In this document: piece by piece, positions 15,361 to 15,462 of the stretch
How the letters are laid out: each line of letters begins with the position of its first letter
Numbering within the stretch: position 1 is the stretch's first letter
NCBI GenBank assembly: GCA_044450345.1
Contig: JBIOIY010000062.1
Location: 1 to 15,462, forward strand
Length of the DNA stretch: 15,462 bases
From: Thermodesulfovibrionales bacterium
Lineage (GTDB): Bacteria; Nitrospirota; Thermodesulfovibrionia; Thermodesulfovibrionales; UBA6898
Reading direction: 5' to 3'
The notes under the pieces: model-generated
The model's input: the letters and a program-made list of their open reading frames with translations, nothing else
Database searches by the model: none
Told to the model about the DNA's origin: nothing
Position numbers and translations under genes: made by a program

Positions 15361-15462
15361 ATGTTACCTACGAGATATTCAGCGAATACGAACAAAAAGA
15401 CCATTCTGCTCATCGACGACGATAAATCTGTACATCTGAGTCTCAAGATGGTGTTCGATAGC
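15361..15462 (+). CDS. Response regulator receiver domain, 5' part only
   Basis: Hand translation MLPTRYSANTNKKTILLIDDDKSVHLSLKMVFDS shows the receiver beta1 plus acidic pocket (ILLIDDD); open to the window end. Confidence 0.7.
   Translation, partial: MLPTRYSANTNKKTILLIDDDKSVHLSLKMVFDS

Larger units (their letters stand above)
12985..15462. mobile_element. Left end of a tRNA-Val-targeted integrative element (genomic island / prophage-like)
   Basis: Integrase stop 14 bp after the tRNA CCA, excisionase-like and XRE-HTH genes, visibly AT-richer DNA, arm-like repeats. The right boundary was not seen, so inclusion of 14900-15462 is uncertain. Confidence 0.8.

Noticed and set aside
12985..15462. 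attR duplicate of the tRNA-Val 3' end
   Set aside because: Searched by eye for CGGGCCTACCA on both strands and not found in the window.
1..15462. CRISPR array or rRNA
   Set aside because: No regularly spaced direct repeats or rRNA-like sequence seen.

Overview
Bacterial chromosomal window. Gene style suggests Nitrospirota or a deltaproteobacterium-like anaerobe (inference only). Bases 1-12984 are mostly core genome: a partial RNase Z-like metallo-beta-lactamase gene (-), two small proteins, a tightly coupled galT-like / glgA / large GAF-PAS histidine kinase / single-domain response regulator / rlmD-like cluster, a hypothetical + radical SAM pair, a nested palindromic element, an outer-membrane beta-barrel 'transporter' gene (-) and tRNA-Val(GAC). 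From the tRNA 3' end the sequence becomes AT-richer and marks the left end of an integrative element. This carries a tyrosine integrase with an unusual Zn-ribbon-like insertion, a frameshifted leaderless XRE-HTH gene now fused in frame to the integrase, paired ACTATACA repeats resembling arm-type sites, an excisionase-like HTH gene, a 134-nt structured inverted-repeat element and the start of a response-regulator gene. The right end of the element (attR) was not found in the window.
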